A stretch of 64,000 nt of DNA from Kiritimatiellia bacterium. Its GTDB lineage: Bacteria > Verrucomicrobiota > Kiritimatiellia > RFP12 > UBA1067. Shown here one piece after another: positions 27,367-38,356 of the stretch. The position numbers were made by a program, and so were the translations under genes. The stretch lies in NCBI GenBank assembly GCA_050949565.1, contig JBMNFY010000017.1, positions 992,001 to 1,056,000 of the forward strand, written 5' to 3'. A model generated the notes under the pieces. It searched no databases, was not told where the DNA came from, and saw only the letters and a program-made list of their open reading frames with translations. How positions within the stretch are numbered: position 1 is the stretch's first letter; every line of letters starts with the position of its first letter.

Positions 27367-29352
27367 TCACTTCACCTGTCCTGCCAGCCAGCCGACCATG
27401 AAGTCGGGGAAGAGCAGCAGCAGGATGAAGACGATCAGGTAGGCGGGCAGAAAGCGCATCGCGCCGCGAAAGACCTGCGCGGCGTTGGCGTCCGGCGACA
27501 TCCCCGCGACAACGAAGCAGGAGACGCCGACCGGCGGCGTGATCGCGCCAAGCGTAGTGACCAGACAGACCACCTGCCCGAACCAGATCAGATCATAGCC
27601 CATGCGCGTTACCAGCGGCTGGAAGAGCGGCAGTGAAATCAGCAGAAACGCCAGCGCGTCCATGATGCAACCGCCGACCAGATAGCAGCCCATCATAAAG
27701 AGCAGGATCAACGTCGGCGCCAGACTCATCTGCGCGACCCAGTCGGTCAACTCGAAGGGCAGGCGCGTCAGCACCAGAAAGCGTCCGAATACCGTGGCAC
27801 CCGCCAAGATCAGAAAGACCATCGCGGTAATGCGCAGGGTCGCCACGACGGCGTTGATGAACTGCCGAAGCGAGAGTCGTCCGCGTACCAGACAGCCAAC
27901 GATTCCAAGCAGCGCGCCAAGTCCGGCCGCTTCGGTGGGCGTCACCAGGCCCGAAAACATCGAGACCATGATCACGGCGAAGAGCACTGCGACTTCAATC
28001 ACCTGCGGCAGCAGCGCAAAGCGCCGGGTGTGCGAACCCCGCGTACCGGTCCGCGCCCAGTCGGGATGCTGCCACAGGATGACCTTCACCGTCAGCACGA
28101 ACAGGATCGTCAGCAGCACGCCGGGCAGGATGCTACCCGCAAAGAGTTTGCCGATACTCTGCCCAGTGTATAAACCGTACACCACCAGCACGATGCTCGG
28201 CGGAATCACCGACCCCAGCGTGGAACCGGCAGCGATGCTGCCGCACTTGAGTTCGGGGTGATAGTTGTTGCGGCTCATGGGCTTGAGCGCGACCGAACTC
28301 ATGGTGGCGGCCGTCGCAGTGTTCGAGCCGCAGATCGCCGAAAATCCCGCGCAAGCCAGAATCGTGGTCACGGCAAGTCCGCCGCGCGTGTGCCCGAACC
28401 ACGCTTGCGCGGCGCGGAACAGGCGGTCGCTGTAGCCTGCGTGATAGATCACCTCGCCCAACAGCACAAAGAGCGGGATCACCGTAAAGCCGTAGTTCGA
28501 AAAGACCGACCAGACCTCCGCGCCGACCGTGCCGTTCAGCAGCGCGGTTGCATTCGCGGGCGGATTGAGCGCCAGCAGTCCGACGAAGCCCGCGAGCAGC
28601 ATCGCCAGACCCGGCGACATGCCGGTGAACAGGATGAGGGTCAGCATGATGCCGATCCCGAGATACCCGATCATGGCAGGAGTGACGGCGACGAGACTGA
28701 AATGGATGACGGCCCAGATCGCCGCGCCCGCCACGACCAGCAACCCCGGCCCGAGCACCAGCCACTTCCGCTTCGAGATTTCGGTCGCCGGCTCTTTGGC
28801 CCGTCCCGTTTCGGTTTCGTCACAGATCGGGTTGGCCGTCTGCGCGCGCTGCTTTTCGTATTCGTCCTTTTCGTGATGGCCGAACGCGAGCACGGCGAAG
28901 TCAGTCAGGAATGATGCCACCAGCAGGAAGAGTCCGCCCGCCACGCCGATCATCAGCCACGGATAGGGCAGCTTCAGGGTCTCGGAGACCTCGCCCGCCC
29001 GCAGCAGCACGCAGGCGCGGTTGACCAGTTGCCCGCCCACGACAGCCATCAGCACAGCCCCCGCAAACACATTGAAGGTGCCGACCCAGCGCCGGGCGCT
29101 GGGCGTGTACACACGCGTGAACAGGTCCAGTTCGACATGCCCGCGCTTGCGTTGCGTATCGGCGAGCGCGAGCGCCACGAGCAGCGCGCCGAAGAACCCG
29201 GACAGCTCATAGCTCGCGCTGATGGGGTGTCCGGCCAGACGGCAGGCCACGTTCGCGCCAGAGAGCAGGGCTAGGGTGACCAAGAGGACACCCGCTACTG
29301 TCATCCCCGCGGCGCAGATCTTTTTTTCGATATTGATCAGTATTGGTAGCAT
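27367..29352 (-). CDS. TRAP transporter fused small and large permease (DctQM)
   Basis: DctQ part (GHVELD, SETL) fused to DctM (IPLFVLLG, AICGS, IPPSI, TPTEA, ITPPVG). Confidence 0.92.
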   Translation of the reverse strand: MLPILINIEKKICAAGMTVAGVLLVTLALLSGANVACRLAGHPISASYELSGFFGALLVALALADTQRKRGHVELDLFTRVYTPSARRWVGTFNVFAGAVLMAVVGGQLVNRACVLLRAGEVSETLKLPYPWLMIGVAGGLFLLVASFLTDFAVLAFGHHEKDEYEKQRAQTANPICDETETGRAKEPATEISKRKWLVLGPGLLVVAGAAIWAVIHFSLVAVTPAMIGYLGIGIMLTLILFTGMSPGLAMLLAGFVGLLALNPPANATALLNGTVGAEVWSVFSNYGFTVIPLFVLLGEVIYHAGYSDRLFRAAQAWFGHTRGGLAVTTILACAGFSAICGSNTATAATMSSVALKPMSRNNYHPELKCGSIAAGSTLGSVIPPSIVLVVYGLYTGQSIGKLFAGSILPGVLLTILFVLTVKVILWQHPDWARTGTRGSHTRRFALLPQVIEVAVLFAVIMVSMFSGLVTPTEAAGLGALLGIVGCLVRGRLSLRQFINAVVATLRITAMVFLILAGATVFGRFLVLTRLPFELTDWVAQMSLAPTLILLFMMGCYLVGGCIMDALAFLLISLPLFQPLVTRMGYDLIWFGQVVCLVTTLGAITPPVGVSCFVVAGMSPDANAAQVFRGAMRFLPAYLIVFILLLLFPDFMVGWLAGQVK

Positions 29353-29367
29353 AGGAGGATTTCCAGA

Positions 29368-30378
29368 CTAAGGCAATTGACCACGGATATATTCAAGGAT
29401 CGCCTCGGCATCGATGCCCTTGGCGCCGATGCGGGACACGTAATCGGCAAACATCGGCTGCGCGGTGGCGCGCAATGCAGCACGGTCCGCCTCCGTAGGC
29501 TCATGGATCACGAGCGCATGCTGCTCACGCGACCAGTCCAGCGCAGCTTGCACATGCTGATCCACATAGGCCCCCGTCCACTCGGCGTGTTCATGGTAGA
29601 GACCGTCGAGCACCTGTTTGATTGCCTCGGGCAGGGCCTCGTATTTTGCCTTGTTCATGACCACTGCGAAACTGATGACGCAGAGATCGGCTTTATAGAC
29701 AAACGGGCAGTAGGCCGCGTAGTTCATATCCTTCAGCACCTCGCCGGAGGAGACATTGCCTTTCACGACGCCCTTCTGCAGGGCGTCCGGCACATCCGAC
29801 TGCGGCATCGCGACCGGCGCGGCACCCAGGCGTTTCATCACCTCGGCACCGGTGCCGGAGGAGCGCAGCGGCAGATTCTTGAGGTCCTCCAGCGTCTTAA
29901 TCTCCTTGGAACTCATCACCATCGCAGGCGGACAGGTGAAGACGGCCAACACTTTTACTTGCTTGAATTCATCAGGCTTGAAACGCTCGATCAAGCCGGC
30001 CAAGATGCGACTGGCGTTTTTGGCGTCAGGGAAGAAGTGCGGCAAGTCCATGGCCTCAGAGACCGGGAAGCGCCCCGGCTGGTAGCTCATTGCAAAATTG
30101 CCGATGTCGGCTGTACCCGCGATCACGCCGTCAAAAATATCCTTTGCGCCGAGCAGCGTGCCACCAGGGAACGTGTTAATTTTGAGCGCGCCGCCGGTGC
30201 GCGTTTCAACCTCTTGCTTCCAGCGTTCCATCTGTACGCAGGGGAAAGTCGCGGACGGGGGGAAGTTCGCGTAATTGAGCGTGATCGTTCCGTCTGTAGG
30301 CGTTCCGGACGGTTGCCGACCGCAACCGACGATCCCGATTCCAGACCCGATTAACAACACAGGTATGAGCTTTTTCAT
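29368..30378 (-). CDS. TRAP transporter substrate-binding lipoprotein (DctP family)
   Basis: Lipobox IVGC; FPGGTLL, LEDLKNLPLR and ALQKGVV motifs. Confidence 0.92.
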   Translation of the reverse strand: MKKLIPVLLIGSGIGIVGCGRQPSGTPTDGTITLNYANFPPSATFPCVQMERWKQEVETRTGGALKINTFPGGTLLGAKDIFDGVIAGTADIGNFAMSYQPGRFPVSEAMDLPHFFPDAKNASRILAGLIERFKPDEFKQVKVLAVFTCPPAMVMSSKEIKTLEDLKNLPLRSSGTGAEVMKRLGAAPVAMPQSDVPDALQKGVVKGNVSSGEVLKDMNYAAYCPFVYKADLCVISFAVVMNKAKYEALPEAIKQVLDGLYHEHAEWTGAYVDQHVQAALDWSREQHALVIHEPTEADRAALRATAQPMFADYVSRIGAKGIDAEAILEYIRGQLP

Positions 30379-30561
30379 CGTTAGACCTTTTAGGTTGTTT
30401 CTTTAAATAGAAACGGATCATACTCTTTCGCCCCTGTCGTTGCAACCGGTTTTTTAAAATTTTTTAGCTCACGGATTTTTTGGTTGACTCGCGACTTGCG
30501 GCCAGCCTAATCCCTCAAAAAACCTCTGCGTGAAAAAAGTGCAACACTATTTGTGGCCGGG

Positions 30562-32127
30562 TTAGTGGTCATCTATTATCCACGCGATAGCGCGCTCTAT
30601 CTCCGGATTTATGGAACGCCCGAGCGGTCGCCCGCTGGCTGTTTTGACATTTCGCACCTGAACGCTTTGGGTTAACGCGTAAGGGAAGGGACGCGCCGTT
30701 TTGGCAGAACCGATCGGATCGCCGAAGACAAAGACGCCCTGATAATCTTTGCTGTGCTTGCTGTCATCAATGGTCAACCCGTCGATCTTGATCGTGCACG
30801 GCATGAAACAGGGATAACCGAAATCGTGCATCCCGTCGTTACTCATGCCGAAAAGAACCGGACGCGCCGGAACGTTCCCGGCACCCGGAACCCAGCGACA
30901 ATTCCGAACCACGACATCGCCATCCCACGTCGATCCGTAGTCCGACCGGAATGAAATCAGACTGCCGCCGTGAAGGGTCGAGTCCTCCACCAGCAGCGTC
31001 CCGCGCCCGATCGCATTGAGCCCCGCGTACCCCAGGGTGCTCTTCCGAATCGTGTATGTACCGCCCACGCCTTGGTGGACATCCATCCTTGAAAGCGAGC
31101 ACGCTTCAAGCAGGATATTTTTCATAAAGTTGCTGCCGACCACGCCCCAACGGCTGCGGTCGTTGATGGCCTCCATGCGACACCCGATCATTTTGAAATT
31201 GACCACATGCGAGGCGCTGTAGCCGTAAGACCCCATCGAAACCGGCTTTCCAACCGCGCCGATCGTCCTGTACGTCTTGCGCGGATCGATCATGCAGTCG
31301 CGCAACGTGATGTCAGCGGCCTCACTGATGCTCAGGAAACCGCCGTACGGATGCCCGAACTCTCCTTCACCAACCACGCGATGCACAAGCCCCCGCACCT
31401 CAGTGTTCGAGCGTGTGATGCGGATGTTCCGCCCCCAGTAGTTGTAGCCCTTCTCTTGGCGCATGCTGTTGCCGGTGTGTGTGAAGATCCCACCGCGCAA
31501 GATCAGCGGTTGCGGATCGATCGGCCGCGCCGTCACGCGGGTAATCGTCTCATAGTCCCACATGATGTCGCCTTCGATGGTGCCATCCTGGCGCAAAATA
31601 AAGGACTCCTGCTGGGCGGTGCCGTTGTTCTGGTTCAAGCCGCGGCGGATGAAGATTTTTTTGTTGTTGTTCTGCACCGTCACGAGGCAATCCGTCGGCG
31701 GCTTGGCATCCAATTGACGCTGATCCCGCGACAGCTTGTCGATCTTGAGCGGCACCGGCTTCAAGAGCGACCGCACCTCAAACAGCGTCTTGCGGTGGTT
31801 TTCAACATCCAGGCTGTCATCGATGATGAAGCGCGAGGTGCCCCAATCGGTGTCGGTCGCGATGATGGCGGTCAAAGCGCGGCGTCCCAGATGATAGGTA
31901 GCACCGGCCTTGGTCTTCACGCGCTTGCCCTGTGCATTCGCCGCTTCGTGCGCCTTGCAGATCGCGGGGAGATCATCCGCCACGCCATCCCCCACTGCGC
32001 CGAACGCCTCGTAGGTCACGACATCCTCGCCCCCTTGGCCTTCAGCCGGTTCTGCACCATAAACGATCTGCGCCCCGCACACGACCGTCACCAAAAATCC
32101 GATCATCGTCATCTTCATCATCATCAC
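30562..32127 (-). CDS. Secreted pectate-lyase-fold (beta-helix) protein
   Basis: Signal peptide, VTYEAFGAVGDGVADDLPAI motif and beta-helix-like repeats. Confidence 0.75.
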   Translation of the reverse strand: MMMMKMTMIGFLVTVVCGAQIVYGAEPAEGQGGEDVVTYEAFGAVGDGVADDLPAICKAHEAANAQGKRVKTKAGATYHLGRRALTAIIATDTDWGTSRFIIDDSLDVENHRKTLFEVRSLLKPVPLKIDKLSRDQRQLDAKPPTDCLVTVQNNNKKIFIRRGLNQNNGTAQQESFILRQDGTIEGDIMWDYETITRVTARPIDPQPLILRGGIFTHTGNSMRQEKGYNYWGRNIRITRSNTEVRGLVHRVVGEGEFGHPYGGFLSISEAADITLRDCMIDPRKTYRTIGAVGKPVSMGSYGYSASHVVNFKMIGCRMEAINDRSRWGVVGSNFMKNILLEACSLSRMDVHQGVGGTYTIRKSTLGYAGLNAIGRGTLLVEDSTLHGGSLISFRSDYGSTWDGDVVVRNCRWVPGAGNVPARPVLFGMSNDGMHDFGYPCFMPCTIKIDGLTIDDSKHSKDYQGVFVFGDPIGSAKTARPFPYALTQSVQVRNVKTASGRPLGRSINPEIERAIAWIIDDH

Positions 32128-32162
32128 GTCCCCCTCCCTCTCGTCACCCTATCGGCAACGCA

Positions 32163-32966
32163 TCATTTTTTCTGATAAAACCGGACATAGTCAATTTCGT
32201 AGCGTTGCGGGAAAATCGAATCATCGATCCCCTTCTGGCCTCCCCAACTTCCACCGATCGCCAGATTCAAGATCAGGTAGTGCGGCTTGTGAAAAGGATT
32301 GGCGTCATCCACTCCGGCCTTGGACAGCGGACAGGTGAAGTAGAGGGTTTCATCGTAGTAGAAGTCCATGCGGTCGGCGAACCACTCCACGGCATAGATG
32401 TGGAAGTCGTCCGACGGCTTCTGATCGTTCAGCTTGCCTCCGGACGAGGTGTGCCTTCCCTTCCCTGTGTCGAACCAATGCAAGTTCGCATGAACGGTGG
32501 CCGGCTCATGTCCCACGAACTCCATGATGTCAATCTCACCGCAGCGCGGCCAGCCGATGCCGTGGATGTTCGTGCCGAGCATCCAGATCGCCGGCCACAT
32601 GCCGCGCCCGCGCGGCAGCTTGGCCCTGACCTCCACGCGTCCGTAGGCCAACGCGAATGTACCATCCGTGGTCACGCTTGCCGCCGTGTACGACGCGGTC
32701 TTACCATCCGGCGCGGTATAAGCCTCCTTGCGCCCTTCAATGATCAGTCGGCCATTCTCAACACGCGCATTTTCCGCACGATTGACCGTATAGTATTGTG
32801 CTTCCTTGTTGCGCACAAATCCCTTTTCATAGGTCCATTTGGACGGGTCGGGTAATCCGTCCCGATCAAATTCATCCGCCCACACCAGCGTCCATCCCGC
32901 GCGTGTCTGCGCTGAGACCGTCACCGCGGCCAACACGGCCATTACCGCCATCCCCCACTGCTTCAT
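32163..32966 (-). CDS. Glycoside hydrolase family 16
   Basis: LVWADEFD, WPAIWMLG, catalytic GEIDIME, LNLAIGG and IDYVRFYQ motifs. Confidence 0.95.
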   Translation of the reverse strand: MKQWGMAVMAVLAAVTVSAQTRAGWTLVWADEFDRDGLPDPSKWTYEKGFVRNKEAQYYTVNRAENARVENGRLIIEGRKEAYTAPDGKTASYTAASVTTDGTFALAYGRVEVRAKLPRGRGMWPAIWMLGTNIHGIGWPRCGEIDIMEFVGHEPATVHANLHWFDTGKGRHTSSGGKLNDQKPSDDFHIYAVEWFADRMDFYYDETLYFTCPLSKAGVDDANPFHKPHYLILNLAIGGSWGGQKGIDDSIFPQRYEIDYVRFYQKK

Positions 32967-32985
32967 ACACCCTCCCTTTTCCCTT

Positions 32986-35900
32986 TCACTCAACTTCGTA
33001 CAACGCCCCGAACACCTGTTCCGACAACGCGCCGTCCAACGTCAGCGGCGTAACCTGCACTTCGACCACGCCACGCTGCGTGAGCGTGAACGGCTCCTTG
33101 TACTCCGGCGAATCCGCCTTCGGCGCACTGCCGTCCAACGTGTAACGCACACGTACCGATGGCTCTTTGACAAGCCGGATTTGCGTACCACGCGCCACAC
33201 GCCCGCCCGCTGGCTCCAACCGAACCCGCCACGCCGCAGGCGACAACTCAGGCGCGATGCGCAGGTCGTCGAACAGCGACTCAAAGCGTCCCCCGCCCTT
33301 GCGGGTATCGTAGGCCGCCATGACCGTCACGATCGTATTGCCCGCAAATTTACCGAGCGGCACCGTGATCTGCGTCCATGCATCAAGCCGGCCGCGCTTG
33401 ACTCCCGGAAAAGTGGAGATGCCGTCGCGGTCCACCGAGCCGCTCTGGCGCAAGGTCTTGCCATCGGCGAACAAAAGATCAATGCCCGTGCCGCGCCCGC
33501 TTTCATTGAGCGGCTTGAACCAGTAGGTCAGGACCGTGTCGGGCATCACAAAAACCGGTTGCTTGAACAGCGTCTGATACACGAAGGAGTATGCGGGATC
33601 ATCGGAAACCCCGGCGAGCCGCACGGCGTAGCGCCCGCTGTGCGCGTCCGCGCGTTCGACCGCACCGCAACGGTTGTCGCTCACCCGGCGCAACCCGCCA
33701 CCCCGCGTGGCCACCGTGTCAACAACTGCCGCAGGCTCGCCCGGTTCAAACCCGCTCGCCAACTGCGTCGGCACGTCCCCCGGATCCAGTGCGGGCGGCA
33801 CCGACGACAGCGAATTCGCGAAAGTCCGCACATGACGGCGGTCCGCCTCAACCCGCAAGGGACCGCGCTCGAACAGCGTGCCCACCACCTCGCCCCGTGC
33901 CGGAGCCGAGAAGGACAGATGCGGCGACAGCACGCGATCAAACACACCGTTGAGCACCTCCAAGCGTCCGGCCCGTGCCTCGATTGGCCCGGTCAGCGTG
34001 TTGAACTGTTCGAGCCGCACCGTGCCGCTTCCCTCCAGAATAGCCGTGGCCGGTCCCGCCCACATCTGCGAATTTAGCAATCGCGCTGTGCCGCGATCGG
34101 CGGGTAGCGTGACAATCGCGGCCTGCGCCCAGTCGCCCAACGACACGAGCTGCGTCAGCGCCATATCGACGCGCGCGCCACGCGTCATCTCAAACACCAC
34201 GGCCCGGCTGCCCGTGTCCGTGCCGTGCATCAGCACCTGCGCGCGGCAGTCGCCGCGAAATGCGAGTCCGTCATAAGCCGCATACAAGAAGGTTCCCCGC
34301 AGCCGCGCATCCCGGCAATCACGTATGACGATCCCCTCAAGATGCTCACGCTGAAATTGAATGACGCGCCCGCCCACATCGCCGGGCCGCTCGCCCTCCA
34401 CGCGCGGCAAATCCTTCGGCAGGCGACAGGCGTAATGCGGATTGAACTGCACATCCTCGATCCAGCCGGTCGCCTTGCATCCACCCACGAACAAGCCGCG
34501 CCGGAACATCGCGCCAGCGAGATACGAGACCCGGTGGCCGTCGCTACGGTGTGTGGCAAGATCAACCGCTTGCCAGGCGTTGCCGATCGTCACATCCTTC
34601 AGCCAACAGTGCTTTCCGAGCGCACGCACGGTCCACGGATACGGTTCCGGTGCCTTCAACGGTTGCTCTGGATACCAGAAGGTCACGCCCCGCAAGCCGG
34701 AGCCGCCAGCCAAACTCACAAAGGGCGATCCCGATTCCGCGCCACGGTTATGATAGACCAGCAGGACCGTCCCGCCCGATACCGTGTGATGCGGCACATC
34801 CGAACAACCGCGCAACTCCACGCCAGTCGGCACGACGATGTCGCCCCGAAACGCATACCGCCCGCCGGGCACATAGACCGTACCGCCGCCGGGATTCGCG
34901 CCCGCTTTGTCCAGCGCCGCCTGAAACGCCGCCGCGTTATCCTCGCGCTCCGGCGACGCACCAAATGCGGTCACCACAAACAGCGCATCGGACTTTGGTC
35001 GCGGGAACGGCGGCGGATCACCCCAGACAACCGGTTCGCCCGCCTTGCCGCAAGCTGCCGCGTGAACCATCACATCGCCAGCCGCATCCAATCCGTCCAC
35101 GCGCGCCTTTGCGGCGTCGAATCCGAGCAACCGCACTCGACGGGCCGCCAACGTGGCGCGCCCCAGTGCGCAATCCATCGCTGTGAGTTGGCCGTCAGGC
35201 ACACAAGTCACGTCGGCCGTCGCAAGGTCGCAGGCATGAAAGGTCACCACACCGCTGCCGTCGTTGGCCGTCACGCCGTCGAACCGACACGAATGGAACT
35301 GCACCACGGCATCAAAGGAGGGTGTGCCGAACCACGCATGTTCGGTACCCGCGAACTCGCAACAGTATGCGGAGAGACCGACCTGATTCAACGCCTGCAC
35401 TTCACAGGCGCGTCCGCAACCGGTGAGACGCGACTCCGCCATCACCGCATTAGTAGTGCCGCGCGCGCCCTTGCGGAAAACCAAACCACGACGGTATCCG
35501 AAGACTTCCAGCCGCCAAATATACTCCCAGTCGCTACGACCAATCATCACGCCAACCGTGTCTTCGCGCAACAGGTGGTCGCGCAGCGCGGACGCGGACG
35601 GCACACCAGGCAGACCGCTCTCCAGCCAGACCGCTGGCGCGACCGTCACCTTGCTGATGCGCCCGATGTCGGTGGTGCTGTCGATCTCAATGCCGGTCTT
35701 CAATGCGCAGATTTTGAGATTGCGGAAAGTGTGTAGCTCATTGCCGTCCGGCCCGATGCAGATCGCTTTCCAAGCGTTGACAAAGGTGCAGTCCGCCACG
35801 GTCTGATTGTCGTTGGCGGGCATCGTGGCATTCTTGATGGTCCAAGGATAAGGCACCGGATCAGGCAACCGCTGTTCTGGATACCAGAAGGTCAGCCCTA

Positions 35901-36291
35901 CCAGACCGCCGCCGCGCTCAATCGAAAAGGTGGCGGGCGCGTCCTCGCGACCCTTGTCCGCCGTGATACTCAAGAGTGTTCCGGCCCCGGGGGCCTGTGC
36001 GGAAAAGTCACCGCGCAGCGTCACGCCTTCACGCACGATAATGCGCGAGGCGATGCGGTATGTGCCCGCCGCCGCGAACACCGTACCGCCGCCGCGCTGC
36101 GCCGTCCGGTCGATCGCGGCCTGCAAGAACGGCGCGGCATCGGTGTCGGTTGCGGCAGGCGGCGTCACGATCTCTTCGGCAATCACCAGATCGGACGTCG
36201 GGAAGCGGGGCGTCACCGCCTGTGGTCCGGCCCACGTCGCCGCTGTCACCGCCGCCACCAGAACGGCGACTCCTATTTTTTGCGCTGTCAT
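32986..36291 (-). CDS. Secreted protein with two Pectate_lyase_3-type beta-helix modules and a C-terminal chitobiase/Fn3-associated domain
   Basis: Repeated D(A/N)AxxxQAA(I/L)D..GGGTV..G.Y and G(L/V)TFWYPEQ..PYPWT motifs, plus VRYTLDGS.P. Confidence 0.8.
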   Translation of the reverse strand: MTAQKIGVAVLVAAVTAATWAGPQAVTPRFPTSDLVIAEEIVTPPAATDTDAAPFLQAAIDRTAQRGGGTVFAAAGTYRIASRIIVREGVTLRGDFSAQAPGAGTLLSITADKGREDAPATFSIERGGGLVGLTFWYPEQRLPDPVPYPWTIKNATMPANDNQTVADCTFVNAWKAICIGPDGNELHTFRNLKICALKTGIEIDSTTDIGRISKVTVAPAVWLESGLPGVPSASALRDHLLREDTVGVMIGRSDWEYIWRLEVFGYRRGLVFRKGARGTTNAVMAESRLTGCGRACEVQALNQVGLSAYCCEFAGTEHAWFGTPSFDAVVQFHSCRFDGVTANDGSGVVTFHACDLATADVTCVPDGQLTAMDCALGRATLAARRVRLLGFDAAKARVDGLDAAGDVMVHAAACGKAGEPVVWGDPPPFPRPKSDALFVVTAFGASPEREDNAAAFQAALDKAGANPGGGTVYVPGGRYAFRGDIVVPTGVELRGCSDVPHHTVSGGTVLLVYHNRGAESGSPFVSLAGGSGLRGVTFWYPEQPLKAPEPYPWTVRALGKHCWLKDVTIGNAWQAVDLATHRSDGHRVSYLAGAMFRRGLFVGGCKATGWIEDVQFNPHYACRLPKDLPRVEGERPGDVGGRVIQFQREHLEGIVIRDCRDARLRGTFLYAAYDGLAFRGDCRAQVLMHGTDTGSRAVVFEMTRGARVDMALTQLVSLGDWAQAAIVTLPADRGTARLLNSQMWAGPATAILEGSGTVRLEQFNTLTGPIEARAGRLEVLNGVFDRVLSPHLSFSAPARGEVVGTLFERGPLRVEADRRHVRTFANSLSSVPPALDPGDVPTQLASGFEPGEPAAVVDTVATRGGGLRRVSDNRCGAVERADAHSGRYAVRLAGVSDDPAYSFVYQTLFKQPVFVMPDTVLTYWFKPLNESGRGTGIDLLFADGKTLRQSGSVDRDGISTFPGVKRGRLDAWTQITVPLGKFAGNTIVTVMAAYDTRKGGGRFESLFDDLRIAPELSPAAWRVRLEPAGGRVARGTQIRLVKEPSVRVRYTLDGSAPKADSPEYKEPFTLTQRGVVEVQVTPLTLDGALSEQVFGALYEVE

Positions 36292-38018
36292 TCCCGTACG
36301 ATCCTGACGCCGTCGGGCGCCTGTATCTCGCTTTTGACCGAACCGTCGGCCTGTCGTGTATGCTTAACCTTGATCACGCCCAACGGTGTCGGGAACGCGC
36401 CTTCGGCCCAGGCCAACCCGCCCAGATACGGTTTGACGCGCACCGTTTTGCAACCGACCTCCACCGGCTGGATGCCCAGCACATGCGCGATCAGCCAAGG
36501 TGCCGGTCCCGACGACCAGCCATGACAGAGGCTGTGCCTGAACCCCTTGTAACAGAACTCGCCATAGTCACCGTGGATATCTTTCTTGCCCGGCACCGGC
36601 AGCTCATCAATGCGGAACGCCTGATTCGTCCAAGCGACATTGAAATCCTCCCAGAAACTGGTAGCGCCCATATCCAGCATCGCGCCCCAGTAGTCGCGCA
36701 CCGTGTCGATGCCGCGTTGCAGGTCGCCCGCCTTAGCCAGCGCTTCAAGCATGTAGTAGCCGTAGAAGGTCGAAACACCCTGCACGCCGTTGCGCGACAA
36801 CACCTGCTCGTGCATGGCCGCCGGCTCGGCGAGCCCCGAGAGCGCGAGCAGCGCAGCCGCCTGCTTGCTGTCGTGCGGCTCAGGACGCACTTTGCGCAGC
36901 CGCGCCGCGCCCTCCGTACAGCGTGCGGCGAGTTCAGTGTCGCCCAACACAGAGGCCAGACGCGCGCCGTCTTCGAGCGCCATCAGCATCAGCGCCTGCA
37001 TACCGGCGTCGACCGCCTTGCGGTTGTGCTGAGTCGGCCAATCCAGAAAGCCACTCGGCAATCCATAGTGACCTTCAGGCGTGATGTGCTTCAGCACATT
37101 CGCGAGCACGTCTTTGAGATACGCCTGCTGCTTGGCCAGATACGCCCGGTCGCCCGTGTAGCGGTACCAATCGTGTTGGCAACGGATCCACCACAACGTA
37201 TACGAAGGCATGGTGTTCATCCAGCGATCCGCCGGTGTGGTTTGCCGCATGTAATCCAGCGAATCGGTCAGCACCTGCTGCGGACCGAACACCGCCATCA
37301 GCGCCATGACCTCGGGGTGCATGTCCCCCATCCACACCAACCGGTCGCGCTTGATGCCATCCCAAATGTACTCTTGGCAACAGAGATGCAGCGTGCGGGC
37401 CGCAGTCGCCCAGATTTGGTTCAGGCGCTCATCGCTGCACGTGAACGCACCAAGCTGCGGCATGGGCCGCATCAGCGACACCGCGCGGATCGACTCCAGA
37501 CTCAGCACACCGGGCGAAACCAGATCCACGCGCACAAAACGGAAACCGGTATTACCCAGTTCGCGCGTGCCGAACCACGGCAACTCCACCACATCATCGC
37601 GAATCGCATGATCGTTGCAAGCTCCCCGCTCGCCGAGTTCAGCCATAGCCTCGGCGGCCGACTCGCCAAAGCGCAGGCGCACCTTCATCCCCTTTTTGCT
37701 CGGTCCGCCCGAAGCGAGTTGTACGCCGCCATGCAACTCACGCCCGAAATCCACCAACAGCGAAGCTGGCGCGCCCTTATTCTCCATGCGGCATCCAGAA
37801 CCCGCCAAAAAGATACCCTCCGGCACCTGCCCGTGCTTCTCCTTCAGCAGGATGTCGGCGTTCTCAACCCGCGACGAAGGCGTATTGGCCGAGGTCCACA
37901 TCACGCGCTGCGGCATGATCAGCGTACGCACGCGCGGATCCGTCCACCCCTCCTCCGCCCATACATCGGCCATCATGCAGACCGCCATGCTCACCATAAT
38001 CATCCCGATTCTTCTCAT
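36288..38018 (-). CDS. Alpha-L-rhamnosidase (GH78-like)
   Basis: VDFGRELHGG, GFRFV, WDGIKRDRLVWMGD, GATSFWE and SLCHGWSSGP motifs. Confidence 0.9.
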   Translation of the reverse strand: MRRIGMIMVSMAVCMMADVWAEEGWTDPRVRTLIMPQRVMWTSANTPSSRVENADILLKEKHGQVPEGIFLAGSGCRMENKGAPASLLVDFGRELHGGVQLASGGPSKKGMKVRLRFGESAAEAMAELGERGACNDHAIRDDVVELPWFGTRELGNTGFRFVRVDLVSPGVLSLESIRAVSLMRPMPQLGAFTCSDERLNQIWATAARTLHLCCQEYIWDGIKRDRLVWMGDMHPEVMALMAVFGPQQVLTDSLDYMRQTTPADRWMNTMPSYTLWWIRCQHDWYRYTGDRAYLAKQQAYLKDVLANVLKHITPEGHYGLPSGFLDWPTQHNRKAVDAGMQALMLMALEDGARLASVLGDTELAARCTEGAARLRKVRPEPHDSKQAAALLALSGLAEPAAMHEQVLSRNGVQGVSTFYGYYMLEALAKAGDLQRGIDTVRDYWGAMLDMGATSFWEDFNVAWTNQAFRIDELPVPGKKDIHGDYGEFCYKGFRHSLCHGWSSGPAPWLIAHVLGIQPVEVGCKTVRVKPYLGGLAWAEGAFPTPLGVIKVKHTRQADGSVKSEIQAPDGVRIVRE

Positions 38019-38356
38019 CCCTTTCCTCCTCTAAAAACTTGAACTCGAAGGTTGAGCGTTTCAGCTATCCCTAAAAACCTTTTCACGACACAGTGTAATC
38101 CCCTCCGCATATCAAATGCAAGGGCGCGATTCAACTCCGGGCGCGATTCAAATAGTTGATGGTTAGGCGGCTGTCAGATGGGATTTGAGTCGTGCGGCGA
38201 GCGCGCAGATCGCGGCGGCCGGGCGAAAAACTCCCGCCAGGATGCCGCTACTCTATCATCTATTTTGAGTTACACCCCTGCCCCAACGATCGCTCGCTAT
38301 TCACTTTTCACATCCCGCGCAATCGTGATACCCTCATTGCGATGGCAGGAAAAAAC

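Noticed and set aside
38120-38152. Direct repeat GGGCGCGATTCAA x2 between divergent genes
   Set aside because: It could be an operator, but there are only two short copies and no adjacent regulator, so support is insufficient.
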